Of a stretch of 46,225 nucleotides of DNA, positions 45,312-46,225 are shown piece by piece. Positions within the stretch are counted from its first letter, which is position 1. Each line of letters starts with the position of its first letter. This DNA is from Octopus bimaculoides (lineage: Eukaryota). The translations under genes and the position numbers were made by a program. The DNA lies in NCBI RefSeq assembly GCF_001194135.2, contig NC_068989.1:11090720-11136944 (forward strand), given 5' to 3'. The notes beneath the pieces are model-generated. The model was given only the letters and a program-made list of their open reading frames with translations. It had not been told where the DNA came from and searched no databases.

Positions 45312-45369
45312 ATGTATAGAGTCGGTAAGCGGAAGCCAGTGCGGTGCCTTCTCTGTATTGATGTAGAGA
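45312..45369 (+). CDS. candidate first coding segment MYRVGKRKPVRCLLCIDVE (in exon about 45203-45369); product unidentified
   Basis: Acceptor CCATTCTTTTTGTATAG|G at 45202/3, in-frame upstream TGA, ATG at 45312, local GC rise over the 19 codons, donor GA|GTAAGG at 45369/70. No homologue recognised, and a competing donor lies at 45324/5. Confidence 0.3.
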
Positions 45370-45745
45370 GTAAGGACAGACTTTTTAAATCTAATTACTG
45401 CCTGATTATCTGCTTAACATCACATCAATAATCAAGATAATTATATATATATATGTATAAATTTCTATCATTGTGTGTAATAAATATATATTACAAGCTC
45501 AATATTTCATATTATGTAATTTAAAAAAAAAAAAAGCAATTTTAATTTTCATGATTTATACAATGGTTTTAAAATTTAGAAACTATTTTGGTTTATTCAA
45601 GTATTTATATAGATGTTTAAATCATTGATTGGAAAGCTTAGTTCAAATGCAGCCAAAATAACACATTCCATTCAGTTACACATCACATAAACAATTTTTG
45701 GAGTTAGCTTATCATCATTGTGCATTTATATTTATGTTATTGGCA

Positions 45746-46225
45746 CAGGCATGGCTGTGTGGTTAAGAAGTCTGCTTCCTATCTTACCATGTGGTCTTGG
45801 GTTCAGTCCCACTGTGTGATACATTGGTCAAGTGTCTTCTACTATAGCCCTGAGCCAATCAAAACCTTGTGTGTGGATTTAGTAGGTGGAACTGGAAGAC
45901 GGCAATTATATATATTTGTACAGGTGGCACATAAAATACACCATTCTGAGCGTAAAAGTGGCACGTAAAAGCACCCACTACACTCTCTGAGTGGTTGGCG
46001 TTAGGAAGGGCATCCAGCTGTAGAAACTCTGCCAGATCAGATTGGAGCCTGGTTTCACCAGTCCTCACTCAAATTGTCCAACCCATGCTAGCATGGAAAG
46101 CGGACGTTAAACGACGATGATGATATAAGGCGATATAAGGCAGACGTTAAACGATGATGATGACGGTAATATATATATCATCATCATCATCATCATCATT
46201 TAATGTCTGTTGTCCGTGCTGGCAT
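45746..46225. mobile_element. SINE family A head (45746-45900), family D element (45915-46105, +), and the start of an inverted family D tail (46178-46225, -)
   Basis: Homology to 4153 and 4790-4968; (GAT)n and (TCA)n tails face each other. Confidence 0.8.

Overview
AT-rich eukaryotic genomic DNA with six N-gaps (5999-6551, 12095-12191, 13564-14090, 20970-20979, 39933-40930, 42769-43270). The tRNA-headed SINE families, (TA)n/(CA)n/(GATA)n density and RTE remnants look like a cephalopod (Octopus-like) draft assembly; this is inferred from pattern recognition, not a search. No complete protein-coding gene, true tRNA/rRNA or CRISPR array is supported. Almost all supplied ORFs are microsatellite, SINE or N-gap artefacts; the few meaningful ones are decayed LINE fragments. 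The window is mostly intergenic/intronic and contains about 30 SINE copies from several modular families, six RTE and one CR1/L2-type LINE remnants, and several MITE-like inverted-repeat elements. One of these has head-to-head (TTAGGG)n/(CCCTAA)n arms. There are weak-to-moderate signs of a + strand gene (first exon about 29101-29273, possible start-codon exon about 45203-45369) and a CpG-rich promoter-like patch facing left at 140-290. The most interesting signal is three type I hammerhead-ribozyme-like motifs (8725-8780 minus, 14555-14619 plus, 24078-24113 plus). The second sits exactly at the junction of a 524-bp tandem unit, as expected for a retrozyme or Penelope-like element.
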